Positions 49,433-62,493 of a stretch of 64,000 bases of DNA are shown here, one piece after another. Under the pieces are notes generated by a model. The model was not told the DNA's origin and did no database searches. It saw only the letters and a program-made list of their open reading frames with translations. The stretch's first letter is position 1; each line of letters begins with the position of its first letter. A program made the translations under genes and the position numbers. The stretch comes from Basidiobolus meristosporus CBS 931.73 (Eukaryota; Fungi; Basidiobolomycota), in the NCBI GenBank assembly GCA_002104905.1, contig MCFE01000398.1, positions 1-64,000 of the forward strand. Direction: 5' to 3'.

Positions 49433-52400
49433 ATGAAAGTTGACCCATTTAGAAAAGCAAAGTCATTTAGGTTACCTTCAGTTTTCTACTGGAAGCCGAC
49501 CAAGAGACACTGGCAAGCGATCATCAAGGGGATGATTTGCTGTCTCATCACATCCTACATCTATATGATCACCCCGGTGACCAAGTACTTTGGTGCCCTG
49601 GGGTATTTATGTATTGCAATGGTCATCATTACCCCGCCGTTTCTTCCGTTGGGCTCCCACATTGAAAGTTTCTTTGTGGCAACACTGGGTATGGGATTTG
49701 GTTTGGTGATCTCGGCCTTTGGCATGGCCTGCTTCACAGCGGTCAACCGGAACATCGGTGTGCCTAACGGGAGATGGCTTTCCTTTTCCTTACTGATGCT
49801 CACTGCCTTCTTGTTTGGTTTCGGGAAAGCCAAATACCCAAAGCTGGCCATATTCTGGATCTTGGGTCTTATCCCCCCTATGTACTTGTTGACCATCCAG
49901 GTTGACACGCCGGACTTCAATTTTTTGTTCGCAGCGAAAATCCTCATTTTGCAGATTACCGGGTGCTTGATTACCCTGATAGTGAACTTCCTCTTCTGGC
50001 CAATCAGTTCGACCGCTCTCGTGTGGTAAGCCGGTTCCTTTTTCGTTCTCAACGTATGTCGACTAACATTACCCAGCAACGCTATGGTTTCGGCACTTGC
50101 TCAGTCCCGTGATATCCTCCTGGAGCTCCCTGACGCCCTGAAAACCACCGATTACGACCGAGCAAAGTCCTACAATCTAGACAAAAAGCTCAGCAGCATC
50201 CAGGGGACCATGTATAAGCTGAGAGACATGTTCCGACAGGCACGATACGAGGTGACCTACGGGCGGTTCGATCCTCGACAGATAGTCCGTTCGGTCGGTA
50301 CCTTGGTAAAGTTTCAGCATTATCTTAGGATCCTGTCGAAGTGCGTCTTGGATGCACAGAACATGAGAGAGTGTAGCGAGCCCCACCACAGTGGAAACAT
50401 TCATATATATGGAGCACGAAGCTACGAGAGAGCGCCGATGAAGGACAATGCAAAGCTAATGAAACTCAACCTAGATATCTTGGCTGAACACACATCCGAG
50501 GTATTGCGAGTGGTTGCATGGGCCATCAATCAACTAATAGGAACGTTCGAGGAGTTGAGCGATCAAGGACAGCCGATCAAGGCTCTGTCACCAGAGAATC
50601 TTCCATATCAAGCAGCACCCGGTGCTACGATATTAGGGGTGCTAGAGGATACATTGAAGAAATACGAGCAGATGCATTCCAAAGTCAGCGCAGAGTTGCA
50701 TAAAGCACCCCACACCAACTGCACGATTGACCCGTTGCTGGTAGCTTCGGCCTATATGTATGCACTTAAGGGGATCATTTGCGCGGTAAGACAGGTGGTG
50801 GAATCTCAAGAAGAACTAAAGCCGAAGATCTGCAAGCGCAAAAGATTTTGGTGGCCCACGGTGAAGTTTTCGAAATGGCTCCGCACTGATTCGCAACAAG
50901 AGAGGAAATACGAGGATACAAAGGTAAGGAAATCCCCACTTTCCAATGCGAAACCCCCTTTGATGCTGACCGTGCTTCCCTTGACAGGCACGTCGTCTAG
51001 TGAAGTTGACGAGAGCGAGATGGACGAAGCAGATGTGCTGTCTGTAGCCGACCCGGAAGATTTGGACGAGAATACCCCGCCGAAGCGTGAAGGTACTCAG
51101 ACGGAACAGGTACCAGACCCTATCGCAAGGCCACGCCTGATGTCCAATGCGGTGTCCTCACCTCCAAGACGGAAACAGTCGATTGGAACGTATCTGTATC
51201 AGGTGCAGAAGGAGAAAGAGAACCAGAGAACATGGAGACTCCTGCTCTGGAAGATTATGCGATGGTGCCAAACTGACGAGGTCATCTACGCCTTCAAGTT
51301 CACCATTATATTCTGCTGCCTATCGCTTCCGGCATTCTTCGACTCTTCCATGAAGTGGTATTTGGAGGACCATGGCCAGTGGTCATTGATCACAGCCAAC
51401 ATCGTGTCCAATGTAGCGGTAGGGGCCATGTTCACCGTTGGAATCCAGCGCTTCATTGGGACCATTCTTGGTGGTCTTTACGGCCTTGCCATATGGGAGA
51501 TGAGCCGCGCCAACCAATACGCACTTCCAGCATGCTTTACGATCTTCAGCTTACCATTTTGGTATCTCTTTGTGCATAACCCAATGAACAAGGTGGGGTC
51601 GGTGTCGCTCACCGCCTATGTTGCGATCATATTCAACGAATGGGTGTACCGTTCGGTTGAAAAGAAGTTTTATATCGTCGCCTTTGAGAGAATCGCCACG
51701 GTGGACGCAGGTATTCTGGTGACCTTCATCGTCCACTCGTTCATTTCCCCCTACATCGCCCGAAGAGAGCTTCGCATGGAGCTCGCCCACATCTTTAGCT
51801 TGAACATGCACGTCATCTCCGGCCTGTTCAACCTTCACAACGAGGAAGATGAAGATTCGGAACTCCGTATTTCCAAAGATCTCATGTCCAATCTCACCAA
51901 GATGTCTCATGGTTTATTGAAATCAAAGGCTCTCTTCGACCAGTCAGCAGCTGAGCCAAGACTGAGAGGGCCATTCCAAAGGGATGTGTATGAGGAGCTG
52001 ATGAGTCGGCTCAAGCATATGCTGGATCTTGCGTTTGTAGTCAAATCTACACTCGCTCGGCTGCCCAAGGAATACGTGGAGAGCCATATGCTACCGACCA
52101 ATGATTATCGTCGGGAGATGGTAAGTTGCATCAGCATGTTGTCGTTTGAATTCTGCGTTGCTAATGTCTGTGTTATAGGTGAGTGTGTTGATCCTCAATC
52201 TGTACAACCTCTCTGGAGCGTTGCGGACCAAGTCTCCGATGCCAAGATTCCTTCCTTCCATCACCGGAATAAGTGAAGTGCTATGTGAAATGGTGTTTGA
52301 GGACCTAGCAACTGAGCCTGGACATGAATTTGATGTAACTATCTTCTGTGCATATGGATGGGCGCTTTCAGAGTTCGCCATTGAGGAGGAGATCGTTATC

Positions 52401-52529
52401 GAGCTGGTCAAGGGAATTGTCGGAGAGACCGAACTTAACATCAGGCTGGATCCAACCAGAATCCCCCAACGCGCCAACGCTATGATGTTATTTCAGAACA
52501 AGCAACCGCATCAGATGAAGTATGACTGA
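49433..52529 (+). CDS. FUSC/ArAE-type (Bre4-like) multi-pass membrane protein
   Basis: N-terminal TM block, YAFKFT...QWSLIT...NVAVG...QRFIGTILGG FUSC-like core, ARRELR, LRTKSPMPRFLPS; introns 50026-50076, 52121-52178 and probably 50924-50987. Confidence 0.85.
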
Positions 52530-53012
52530 GTGGCAGTCGAAATCGAGATGTAACATACCATAGATGTAGCATTGATCCCATTTGTAAATAAATTCTGAAG
52601 TAGATTTCTATCCCATACATCATGCAGGAAGACTAGTGTAGCCCCTTTCATGTATCCGTTCAATTCGAAGCTTCCATCATCATTGAATACATGATGCGCT
52701 GCGAGTGCGAATAGATAGGGTGCGTAACGAATGCCCTACAAATGCCTCACCAATAATACATTGTGTAAGTGGGACTAACCGGACGTCAACACCTGGATCC
52801 GCTACCTCCCATCCAATCATCCAACAAATAGGCATGATAACAAACTTCAAGCAAGCTTATTTCGCCTACAGCTATGCACATCTAATTGATATGCAAATGG
52901 GTTAGTTTGGAAATCCTTGACTAACGACCCCGCCACACGTTACTTACACGTTACTTAATTCTCCTTGCTCCCAAGCCTTATAAACCCTTGATCTCTCTTG
53001 ACCCAACTCATC

Positions 53013-53693
53013 ATGATTGTGGATAGCCGTTCCTTTACTCCCCCTTGCTCAGACCCGTTGTCGGGGGCAATTCCTCCTGAGCCCAACGGCAGAGGCAACA
53101 AGATTTTCATAGACATCCGGGAAGCACTCTCGACAACCATCCAAACCAGTCCCCCTCACGCCCATGAGCGCGAGGTACGAGTGATTGTCCACAAGGTCAA
53201 GCCGGAGGACACGTTTGCAGGGATCGTCCTATTCTATGACGTTCCCATGGGGCGACTGAAGAAGCTAAATAGACTATGGTCCACTGATAGCATTCATCTG
53301 AGGAAATTCCTGTACATCCCTCTTGAACTCATCCAGTACCAGCGGATTTATTGCAAGCTGAGAGAGATCCAAACCCCCGAGCTGATCGACGACGCTTCAA
53401 GCATCTCCACCAACTCTACCTGGGGAACCTCATCGCCGAGATCTCCCCTGGTCCCAATGGCTACCGTTCCATACAGCGAGCTCCAGTTTTTCACCAAAAA
53501 GCCTGATGATCACGCAAGCACCCCTGCAGAGCCCAGCGATGATCCACCCTCGCTGGTGGATGCATTTGGGATAACGTATTTGGGGAGAGTTGCAGACACA
53601 CTGCTTCAGGCATCCCATAAAGCCATGGCCGGCCCTAAAAAGGGGGGACTGACGGAAAATTACGAACTACAGAGATTGATCCATCCGTTGTAG
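53013..53693 (+). CDS. Single-LysM-domain protein without signal peptide
   Basis: HKVKPEDTFAGIVLFYDVPMGRLKKLNRLWSTDSIHLRKFLYIP. Confidence 0.88.
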   Translation: MIVDSRSFTPPCSDPLSGAIPPEPNGRGNKIFIDIREALSTTIQTSPPHAHEREVRVIVHKVKPEDTFAGIVLFYDVPMGRLKKLNRLWSTDSIHLRKFLYIPLELIQYQRIYCKLREIQTPELIDDASSISTNSTWGTSSPRSPLVPMATVPYSELQFFTKKPDDHASTPAEPSDDPPSLVDAFGITYLGRVADTLLQASHKAMAGPKKGGLTENYELQRLIHPL

Positions 53694-53949
53694 CATCCAC
53701 CACCTTGGACCAGTTGCCAATCACTTATCTATCTATTTATCACAATAAACCAGCGTTGACCGTATCCACCACCCTAGACCATCTGCAGCGTTGACCATAC
53801 TTTTTATTAATACCTCGCTTCTGATCCGCTTCGAAAACCCTGATTAGAAAACGTGGGGGGCAAAGAAATAGATGTCTTATAATACAATATCATGATGATG
53901 AAGGTTCGTGGGAAATTAACAGGTCTGTACAGAGTGGGATCCTTGTCCA

Positions 53950-54804
53950 TTAGAGCCCAAGAGGGTAGGCTTTGTCAAAGTGTTGGCCTTGGGCCATTAT
54001 CTCGTAGAATCTTCGAAGCCTCTCGTTTTCGGCCTTCATCTGTTGAAGCTGGGCGGTCAGGTTCATCTGGATCTCTTTCACCTGCTCCAGATGTTGTACA
54101 GCTAAATCAACCAAACGGGTCAGCTGACTACTCCGGTTGGTCTGATCCACTCGGCCATACTTACTTTTGCTTAGGATGGCTGCTTTGCTAATCTTCTTGT
54201 TGTTACAGTTGGGCAAATGCCGCTTGAGCTCCTCGAAGCCATCCTTGATTTGGGCCCGGCGCTTTTGCTCCGACTGAATGTGTATCTGGCGTCTGATTTC
54301 GGCGCTGTACACGGATGAACTATTTGTGGAATAGCATCAGAATCGGGCTGTTTGGGCGATTGAGTTGGGTGGGTTTCTTACCTTGTGCCGTCGTCGCCGA
54401 CCTCCGAGTTGCTCTCGCTTTCCTCAGACTGCGACTGCCTTGACCGCTTACGGCTGGCTGTGACTGAGGCCTGTTCGTAAGTCTCCCGGTTGTACTCTTG
54501 AAACTCAATAGGGAACTGCTCGGCGGGCGTGGGCTCAGAGCAGCTGAGAGTTGGCGAGGTGAATTCGACTGGTAGGGCAACGGAGCCGTCGTAACTAAAA
54601 CTCGAAGCATCTAAAATGGACAACATCAAGGTAACATGGATTAATCTCTGGCTAGCACGGGGAATCAAGCTTTGTGTGTATACCATCAAAGAGCATCGTT
54701 GGTGTCAAGTAATCTGGTTTCATCCCAGGGATGGAGGTGACAGGGCTTAAGGAAAAGGGCTGATTGCCAAACTGTTGCAGCGATACTGTGCCTGGTTGTG
54801 ACAT
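53950..54804 (-). CDS. bHLH-leucine zipper transcription factor (Max/Mlx-like), about 4 exons
   Basis: RRQIHIQSEQKRRAQIKDGFEELKRHLP...ISKAAILSK|TVQHL after splicing, then zipper; start codon tentative. Confidence 0.87.
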
Positions 54805-55922
54805 GGTGAAGGGAGTATCAATCTGTTAATGTCGATGCTTGATAGCGATATCCAATGGTTCTTGGGCAACACACTGCTGAGAAGAGGATTTTTATAACCA
54901 AAAGTCGAGCTGATTATGAATGCCAAAGATCACCAATCACACGCTGTGCTACAACAGTGCCGAAGAATCGCCTTATTTGAATGCTAAACTTCGGATTAAT
55001 TGAGATCTGCAGGTAGCTGCCATCCCGATTCCACTCCCTGTCTAATCATCAAGATTCCCATCCCTCGCCGCGCATAATCATTGGCGTAAGCGGGGAAATG
55101 GTAGCAGATTTAAGCAGAGCGAACTGAGATCCTATGACCTAACTTAGTGGGCGAATCCAGCATAGAATATTCGGTTTATACCTATCTACAGTGATCCAGT
55201 GATGTAGCAGGTTTCATTGCCAAATGGTCACGGCAGAATGTTCGGAGGGAGGAACGTAGAGTTTGATGTAGGGTGCCACAAGCTGACCCAAATGTCAACG
55301 GGTTCCTGATTTTGCCTGTCACATCATCATCTAGATTGCCAGTAGTAGAGCGCTGGTGTAGATACCATCTCTCAGAATGGCTATATAAAAGCGCTAAAGA
55401 AGAGAAAAAGTCTTTTGTTCCAACCATTCTAGTCCGCTCGAATTCATTGGCTGAACTATGAGGTCATCCAGATGCTTCAGTCAACAATGTTACGTTGATT
55501 TGATTACCTAAGTGAGACAGGGCCAAGCTTAAATTATGAGGTTCGCCGAAGACTCATCGATGGACCTAGAGCATTATAAAGTTTGTGGAGGTAAAACCTT
55601 TCATTTGGTCACCGCTTAATTTTGACTTGATCACCTCATTCTACAGATTAGGTTAGTCCATTTGTCATCCATCATTCATGGTCAGGGTCCGTGTGCTTGA
55701 TGGTTAAATTTAACCGTTCCTGTTTAAATCTAGGCCAGGTTGAAAACCACCCGAATATGTTTAAGATGAGCCACTTTAACCAAGATGTGTGATGAAAAAA
55801 AAAGATTTAGTCCCGAAAAAAAATATGAAAAAAAAATAACGCAAACTCGTGTTATATGTCCGTTGCTTCATTACGTTACTTTGCCACCAGCTCAGTTTTC
55901 AGCCCAACTATACACATTCAAG

Positions 55923-57543
55923 ATGTCTGACGCCCCAACTGTCATCGGTATCAACTTCGGTACTTACTACTCCTGTATTTCTATCTTGAACAAGGTGCCT
56001 TTTTTTCGCTGAAACCCCCATCCCATCGAACCCATGCTAATCCCTGCTTTCTTTTTTCCAGGAAGGTCGTGCTGAGGTCATTGCTAACGAAGATGGTGAT
56101 CGTATGATTCCATCCATTGTTGCTTTTTCTGGCGACGAGGAATTCTGCGGTACCCCTGCTAAGCACCAAGAGCTTAGAAACGCTCAGAACACCGTCTCTG
56201 AATTCAGAAACGCTTTGGGTCAAGACCTCGCTGAGGTCCAAAAGATCTATGCTCAAACCGCTAGCAAAATCACCGAGAAGGACGGTGTTGCCGCCTTCGA
56301 AGTTAACTACAAGGATGCCGAAGCCAAGTTCACCGCCAAGGAAATCACTTCCAAGTTCTTCGTTACCTTGAAGCAAACCGCCGAGAACTACCTCGGTAAG
56401 ACTGTTGATGGTGTTGTCATGGCCGTTCCCTCCTATTTCACTGAGAAGCAAAACGAGGAACTCAAGCAAGCCGTCGAAGCTGCTGGTCTTCATATCTTGC
56501 AATTGATTCACGAGCCCACTGCCGCTGCCCTTGCCTACAACCTTGGTCAAAATGCCTCCAGAAAGGACGCTGATGATAAGACCGTTCTTGTTGCTGATTT
56601 GGGTGGTCACAACCTTGACCTTACCCTTCTCGCTGCCAGAGGTGGTGTTTACACTGTTCTTGGTTCCGGTCAAGACCACGAGTTGGGTGGCAAGAACTTC
56701 GACGAGGCTTTGGTCAACCATTTCGCCGCTGAGTTCAAGCGTAAGAACAACATCGATATCTCCAGCAACAAGCGTGCTTTGAACAAGCTCAGAGCCGCCT
56801 GTGAGATCACCAAGCGCACCTTGTCCAGCGCTGCCTCTGCTCCTTGCTCCGTCGAGTCCTTGGCCGAGGGTCTTGACTTCCACTCCAACATCAACAGAAT
56901 GAGATTCGAGATGCTCTGCAACAAGTTGTTCAGCCAATTCTTGAACGCTGTCGAGAAGGTCTTGGAGGACAACAAGCTCCAAGCCAGCCAAATCGATGAG
57001 GTTCTCTTGGTTGGTGGCTCCACCCGTATCCCCAAGTTGCAACTCAAGCTCCGTGATGTCTTCCCTGAATCTACTGTTGTTCGTACTGATGTCGAGGCTG
57101 ATGAGGCCATCGCTATTGGATGTGCTTTGCAAGCTCTTCTGATCTCATCCTTGGGTGATGACGAGTCTCACTACAAGTCCTACCTTGCTCCTGAAGTGAC
57201 CAACGCTCTCCACACCACCAAGGCTATTGGTCTTGTTCACGAGAAGGAGTTCTACCCCATCGTTTCCGCTGCCACCCCTCTTCCTCTCCACAGAAACGTC
57301 GAGCTCCCTACCTCTGTCGATGACCAAACCGAGGTGTATGTTGCTCTTTACGAGAAGGAGTCCTCCCAAGAGGCCGAGCCAGTCCTTTTGGCTGAACTTG
57401 TCCTCTCCGAGCTGCCTGCCGCCAAGGCTGGGGAGACCAAGGTTGAGCTTTTGATCCAAGTCGACGAGGCCGGCAAGGTTCAAGCCACCCTTCGTGAAAA
57501 GAAGTCCGGAAAGATTGCCCAAGCCGAGATCGCTGCCAACTAG
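55923..57543 (+). CDS. SSZ1: Atypical Hsp70 of the ribosome-associated complex (Ssz1/HSPA14-like), 2 exons
   Basis: VIGINFG, IANEDGDRMIPS, LIHEPTAAALAY, VADLGG, DEAIAIGCALQA; no C-terminal lid or EEVD; intron 55995-56061. Confidence 0.92.
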
Positions 57544-59030
57544 GCGGAGTGCATGTTTGTCAGCCACCCTGAATATCCCATCATAATGAAATTAAAAATG
57601 AGTTGAATTTTCAGTTGACGACCGATCATGTGACCTCTCCCACCTCTACAATTTCCATAGAGTAGATGTAACGCATTACTTCCATCCCTAGTTCTAGCTC
57701 AGCCTGAAACTATTTGTAAAGCATTAAAATTTAGTAATTTACACAGCATTCCATTCCATCCCATCAACTTCATTACCACCTGCTTATTGAGGAAAATTGC
57801 ACTCAGGTAATATTTCAATTAATACTTGGGCCATTGACCTTGACAAAGTTGCCGTCGTTTTTCTGTCAAATTGAAGGTGTTAATTCCAGATCCTTTGTTG
57901 ATACCTTATCGTGATCGACAGTGTTCAGTAAATGGACTGAGACTTCGCCTTGCCAAGCTCAAACACGATGCGAAAACTGGCCTGCTCGGCCTCAGCGAAA
58001 CAATTATCCACATTGTGATTCAGAGTCTAGCAACGGGGTAGATCAGCAACATACATTGGCCCAGCAATCGAAGGTTGTTTTTCCAATCTTGGTCTCTGGC
58101 AGCAGAGGCCTGGGAATGATCTGCACACTCAGTTCCTACTTGGGATAGTCTCCATTGTTGACAAGGTAGAGGTATCGTCGGTGAAAATCGGCATCGCTAC
58201 CTACGAGCTTTGGCGCTTCATTCCGCACCAAGATCGCCAGACCTTGAAGTGACTTCCTGTCATTTGACGAATCTCATGAGAACTAGGGTTTTTGTATACC
58301 AACAGTAATAGACTAAGCAGCGACTAAGCAGCGGCGATATTCAGGTAATCTACAACGGGTTGGAAGTAGCCGTACGCTTCAACCACACGCTTTGGGATGC
58401 GCTCATGATCTAACGAGATTAAATGATTAACTAATCCATTGACCAAAGCCAAGTCCTTAACGGCTAAACCCTAACCGAAGTGCACAATCTTCACCCGCAA
58501 CTGCAAGTCCCCGAGAAGGGTAGGACCCCGCAGGCCTGACTGCAAACGATTAGTGTTATTGATCTATGGATCCGGTTAGTGGAGGCCGATGGAGGGGTCA
58601 AGGGTACACGCCTCAACATGGTTGATTCCCTGGTAAGTGTGAAAATGATCTTGATGCGAGTAGGATCCTTGATTCAATTAACAAATTAAAACCGTATAGT
58701 AACTCGTGTTGAAGCCTCGTTTAAGGCAAAATGTGAGGGTTCCCAACTGACACTTCAATTGGTCTATACTTGTTTATAGTATCCACATGTACGGGTTAAA
58801 GTCGACTGGTAGTGGGCTTTAATGCTGTGAGTGGCAGGTATATCTAATCACCTGATATCATTTCCTATTTGGGTGAGGCTGCTATGATAGGATGTAGTTG
58901 AAATTTGGAAAAGCCAAGAACGCTGCCAAGACCTTCAAAAACTTCTAGTAAGGGATTTGGCTGTTTGACATACTCGAGGGAATTATCGCCTATATATAGC
59001 GCCTGCTCTAGTCATAATCCAGACTGCACA

Positions 59031-60020
59031 ATGTCCAAGCTACCATATAATAATGACCATGACACAACCAGCCCATCACAGTTCTCCTCCAACCTTCCAC
59101 CTCCTCCTTACACACAACAGATAGAACCGCATACCTCGGGTTCTTCGTGTCCCATAAACCGTCCTCCAAATGCCTACTCCCACCTCCAGTATGGTGGCTC
59201 AACTTCTTCAAGTCAACCTTCTCATCAACTGAACCAACCCACAGTCCACTCCAAAGAGGGCTCATATTCTTCCAGTGGTCAGGTCAACTATCCACCGCAA
59301 CAAGCTGTGGTGAATGTGAGCAGCACTGGGATGAGTAGCGCCCAGGCGCGCTCAGTCCAATCGTCTGGAAGTCAAACCCCTGCTTGCTTTTCCAGACCGC
59401 CTCAGATACAAGGGTATGCCCTAGCACCCTTCCCCTCGTTCCGAGTTCCTTGTAATGGAAGAACGTTTCAAGATGGATTCCCACAATTCTATCCTCAGCC
59501 ACAGCACCTGTCCGCCCGCGATATACATGAGGCAGACTGGCTTCAGTTCATGCAGGAGCTGTCGGATGAAGGTCGCTTAAAGGGAGGTCAAAAGGTGACT
59601 GCTTCCATTCTACCCATAGCAATGCATGTTGGGGCGACCGGGTTTCTGATCACTCGTGCAATTGAGAAAAGGATGAAGAAAGGGAATGTTGGCAAAGCAG
59701 CAGCCAAAATCGATATCTGGAACTACTGCTTTTTCAATGCTCGTGGGGTTAATATCACCCTGTTCCAAGGACCAAGAAGAGTGAGTGGACCATCCACTGG
59801 CTCCTCTTCCTCTTCCAGCAGCTCTTCAGAAGATGAAGATAGACATCCTGCTATGGGTATGAGCCGAGAATCAAGAAGAGCAGCCAAGGAAGCACGAAGA
59901 GAGGATCGACGTCGTAGAAGAGAGCAGCGGCGCCATGACAAACAGAAGAGGAGAGAACTAAAGCGAGGGGAGAAGACTGATGAGCCGTACTATCTACTTG
60001 TGGAAAGCCAACATCTTTAA
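59031..60020 (+). CDS. Uncharacterised protein (Pro/Ser/Gln-rich N-terminus, conserved-looking core, Arg/Glu-rich tail)
   Basis: Open 329 codons from ATG 59031; core GFPQFYP...DIHEADWLQFM...IDIWNYCFFNARGVNITL. Confidence 0.8.
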   Translation: MSKLPYNNDHDTTSPSQFSSNLPPPPYTQQIEPHTSGSSCPINRPPNAYSHLQYGGSTSSSQPSHQLNQPTVHSKEGSYSSSGQVNYPPQQAVVNVSSTGMSSAQARSVQSSGSQTPACFSRPPQIQGYALAPFPSFRVPCNGRTFQDGFPQFYPQPQHLSARDIHEADWLQFMQELSDEGRLKGGQKVTASILPIAMHVGATGFLITRAIEKRMKKGNVGKAAAKIDIWNYCFFNARGVNITLFQGPRRVSGPSTGSSSSSSSSSEDEDRHPAMGMSRESRRAAKEARREDRRRRREQRRHDKQKRRELKRGEKTDEPYYLLVESQHL

Positions 60021-60367
60021 GCATAAATATTCCCTGCTGGCTACATGGAATTTGGTGATCCTCCTTGACAAAATAGTACAGTATCAATCAATATTTATTG
60101 GATGTCCTTTCAATGAAACAAATCACGTGGATACGTAATAAATGAAAGTGAAGCATTACGCTAGCCAAAAATCCGTTGAGCCATTGTTGCCATTAAAGTA
60201 TGCCCAGGGCTACCAGTGAAAGTGCGATCCACATTCTGTAAACAAATGGGATGATTGTATCAACTCTTTCAATCCAGTCATCGATTCCACACTGGCAGCC
60301 GAACTCAGCCGGACCAACAGTGAAGGGGTAGCTTTGTTGATGCTCTATATTTACAAATCACTGTCTT

Positions 60368-60939
60368 CTAAACTTGCTTTAGCTTATGAAATGTGAAGTA
60401 CGGACAGTGGAGCTTCCAACCCCAGTCTGCAGTTCTTGAAACTTGCAATGGGGGGGGAGGTCTGGCAATATTATTGTATTGCCGACCTTCTCCCACCTCA
60501 GGGTGCCTGTGTTTTCCGAGTAAAACCCAAAATCTGAGCGAAAGTGAGCAAGGATAGGGTCACATCTTTGTCGGGCTCCAACTTGAAGTATCCAGTCACC
60601 AACCACATCATTGACAGTGACACTAGTTCTCCGGCTTTCTTTCTTGGCTAGAGCGTAGCAGGATTTCCAGGTAGATTTGGCGGGAGGTGAAGAAGAGCTC
60701 GTTTCCTGGAGAGCATGAAGTATTTCTGCACCAGACAAGTCAGTAGTCTTTATCCACAGCTTCTTCTCCTTCCAAGATATCCTACACAAGGTTTGCCACA
60801 AACCTTCAAGATTGGAAAGTTCTCGCCATGCATGTGAAACAAGGCAGCATTGGCATAAGTCAGCTGCATCGAAATATTCGAACACTTCAATGATCAACTC
60901 TGGCGGAAGATGTATAGAGGTGGTCGGGGGGTTGTGCAT
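60368..60939 (-). CDS. Small F-box protein, apparent frameshift in G8 run at 60450-60457
   Basis: LPPELIIEVFEYFDAADLCQCCLVSHAWREL; shifted frame continues PLQVSRTADWGWKLHCPYFTF to TAG at 60368. Confidence 0.88.
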
Positions 60940-62493
60940 GTTCTCGCTTGATTAAAAGTTGATGTGGAAAAGAGCGCTTATATAGGCTGGGCAAATTCTC
61001 TGCAATTTGGCCCAGACGGAAGGTGCATAAGTTGATACAACAGAAGGCACAGACACCAAGGGACGCTTGCTAGAATTTGCCATCACATATTCCAATTGGT
61101 CTAGTGAATAGATCCCGTTCATCTGACTAGCTTTTCTATATCTTGGCTTCTAGAAACCCAGCTACGAGAATACCCGATGAGGCGATACAAGAAATTAATT
61201 GGCTTCACTGATTGTGTGACGAACTGAGTTATGTGTATGATTGGTTGCTACGTGCTTTCAGCTATAGCTCCATCTTGATCGTTTTATCTGGTTGTCCACT
61301 CAGGCTTACCACATACTTCGATACTTGACTGGATTGAGTGTACAACCCCTTCACCCATCAGTCGCATCCCGGATGAACAACTTTACATAGTATTCCTGAA
61401 ACGCATACTTACTTGAGTGGCAATACTGACAAGCCCTTGGACACTATGCTAATCTAGATATTTGAGACTATCCTGAGTGGGAACTGGGTGTGCGTATCTT
61501 CCGCAATGAGGGCGAGTTCAAATATGATTCCAACCTGCTGGCCCCAATCAAGATAGTGCTCACCTCTCAAGTATCCGTAGCCAGAAATGTAAAAATGGTC
61601 TTTGTGAGTATTGGACTAGTATATGCTGACTCTCATTGCTACACTTTGAACTGCAATGTCAATAACCTTTTCACTGAGACTGTACAGTCGAGTCTACATC
61701 CAGGCCATACCGTAACTAATAATACTCCCTAGCAGGAGCTTATGCAAACAGAGATGAATGGGCTGAGTCAACTGCGAAGATTAGTCTGGCCATCCGAGTG
61801 TGCATTAGTCCAAGAATGATTTGCGATGCTGTGCCCCACAAGCGGTTCATAATTGGACGGACGAAAGCTACAATTACCATTTAGCGGTAGTAATAATCGG
61901 TGGGCGTCTTGGATTACTGATATGGTCATGTCCATGGCTTTTTTACCCGAGTCCATATTTGGCATATTGTCCCGAAGGAGGGTGAGGTGAATCTTAAACG
62001 AAATTGGTGTTCACTTCAAACGGACTAGAATTGGAATTTTTCTCTGATCGGTAGTGGTCGGAAAGGTTAGGCCATTTACATCATTGCCTAATTTATCGCG
62101 AATCTTGGGTTCTAGATTTCTTCTGATGCTCAGCAACTGGGTCACTCTATTCCGTTTGCCCAGGGTCCAAAGTGTGAGAGCAGTGTTGTAGAGGGTGAGG
62201 CATGAGAGTAGCAGCTGGTACTAGCCTGAGAGATAGTGGATAGCTATCATGCTGACTGTGATACTGAGCAGTTCACTTTTCGAGCCGATGGTGAATCTTC
62301 AATCACTAACTCCAGGATTCCCCGATAGTTCGATCTAGGTACCACCAGCAGCCAAAGAAAATTCACCCACCATATATGGAAAGCGGGACATCCTAATTAA
62401 TGATTGGAGTGTCCCGCAAGGCAAATCCCAGGTATAAATATCTCCATGACGCCTAACTTGCCAACCATCCACAACTACTACTCTACTACTAAA

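Noticed and set aside
55760-55840. GATGAG and poly-A/TGAAAAA tracts upstream of SSZ1 (PAC/RRPE-like)
   Set aside because: Partial matches only; conservation of this yeast regulon in this lineage is unknown
55981-57132. 383-aa antisense ORF opposite SSZ1 (and shorter ones at 56670, 57145)
   Set aside because: Long antisense frames opposite Hsp70 genes are a known by-product of strong codon bias; no independent motifs
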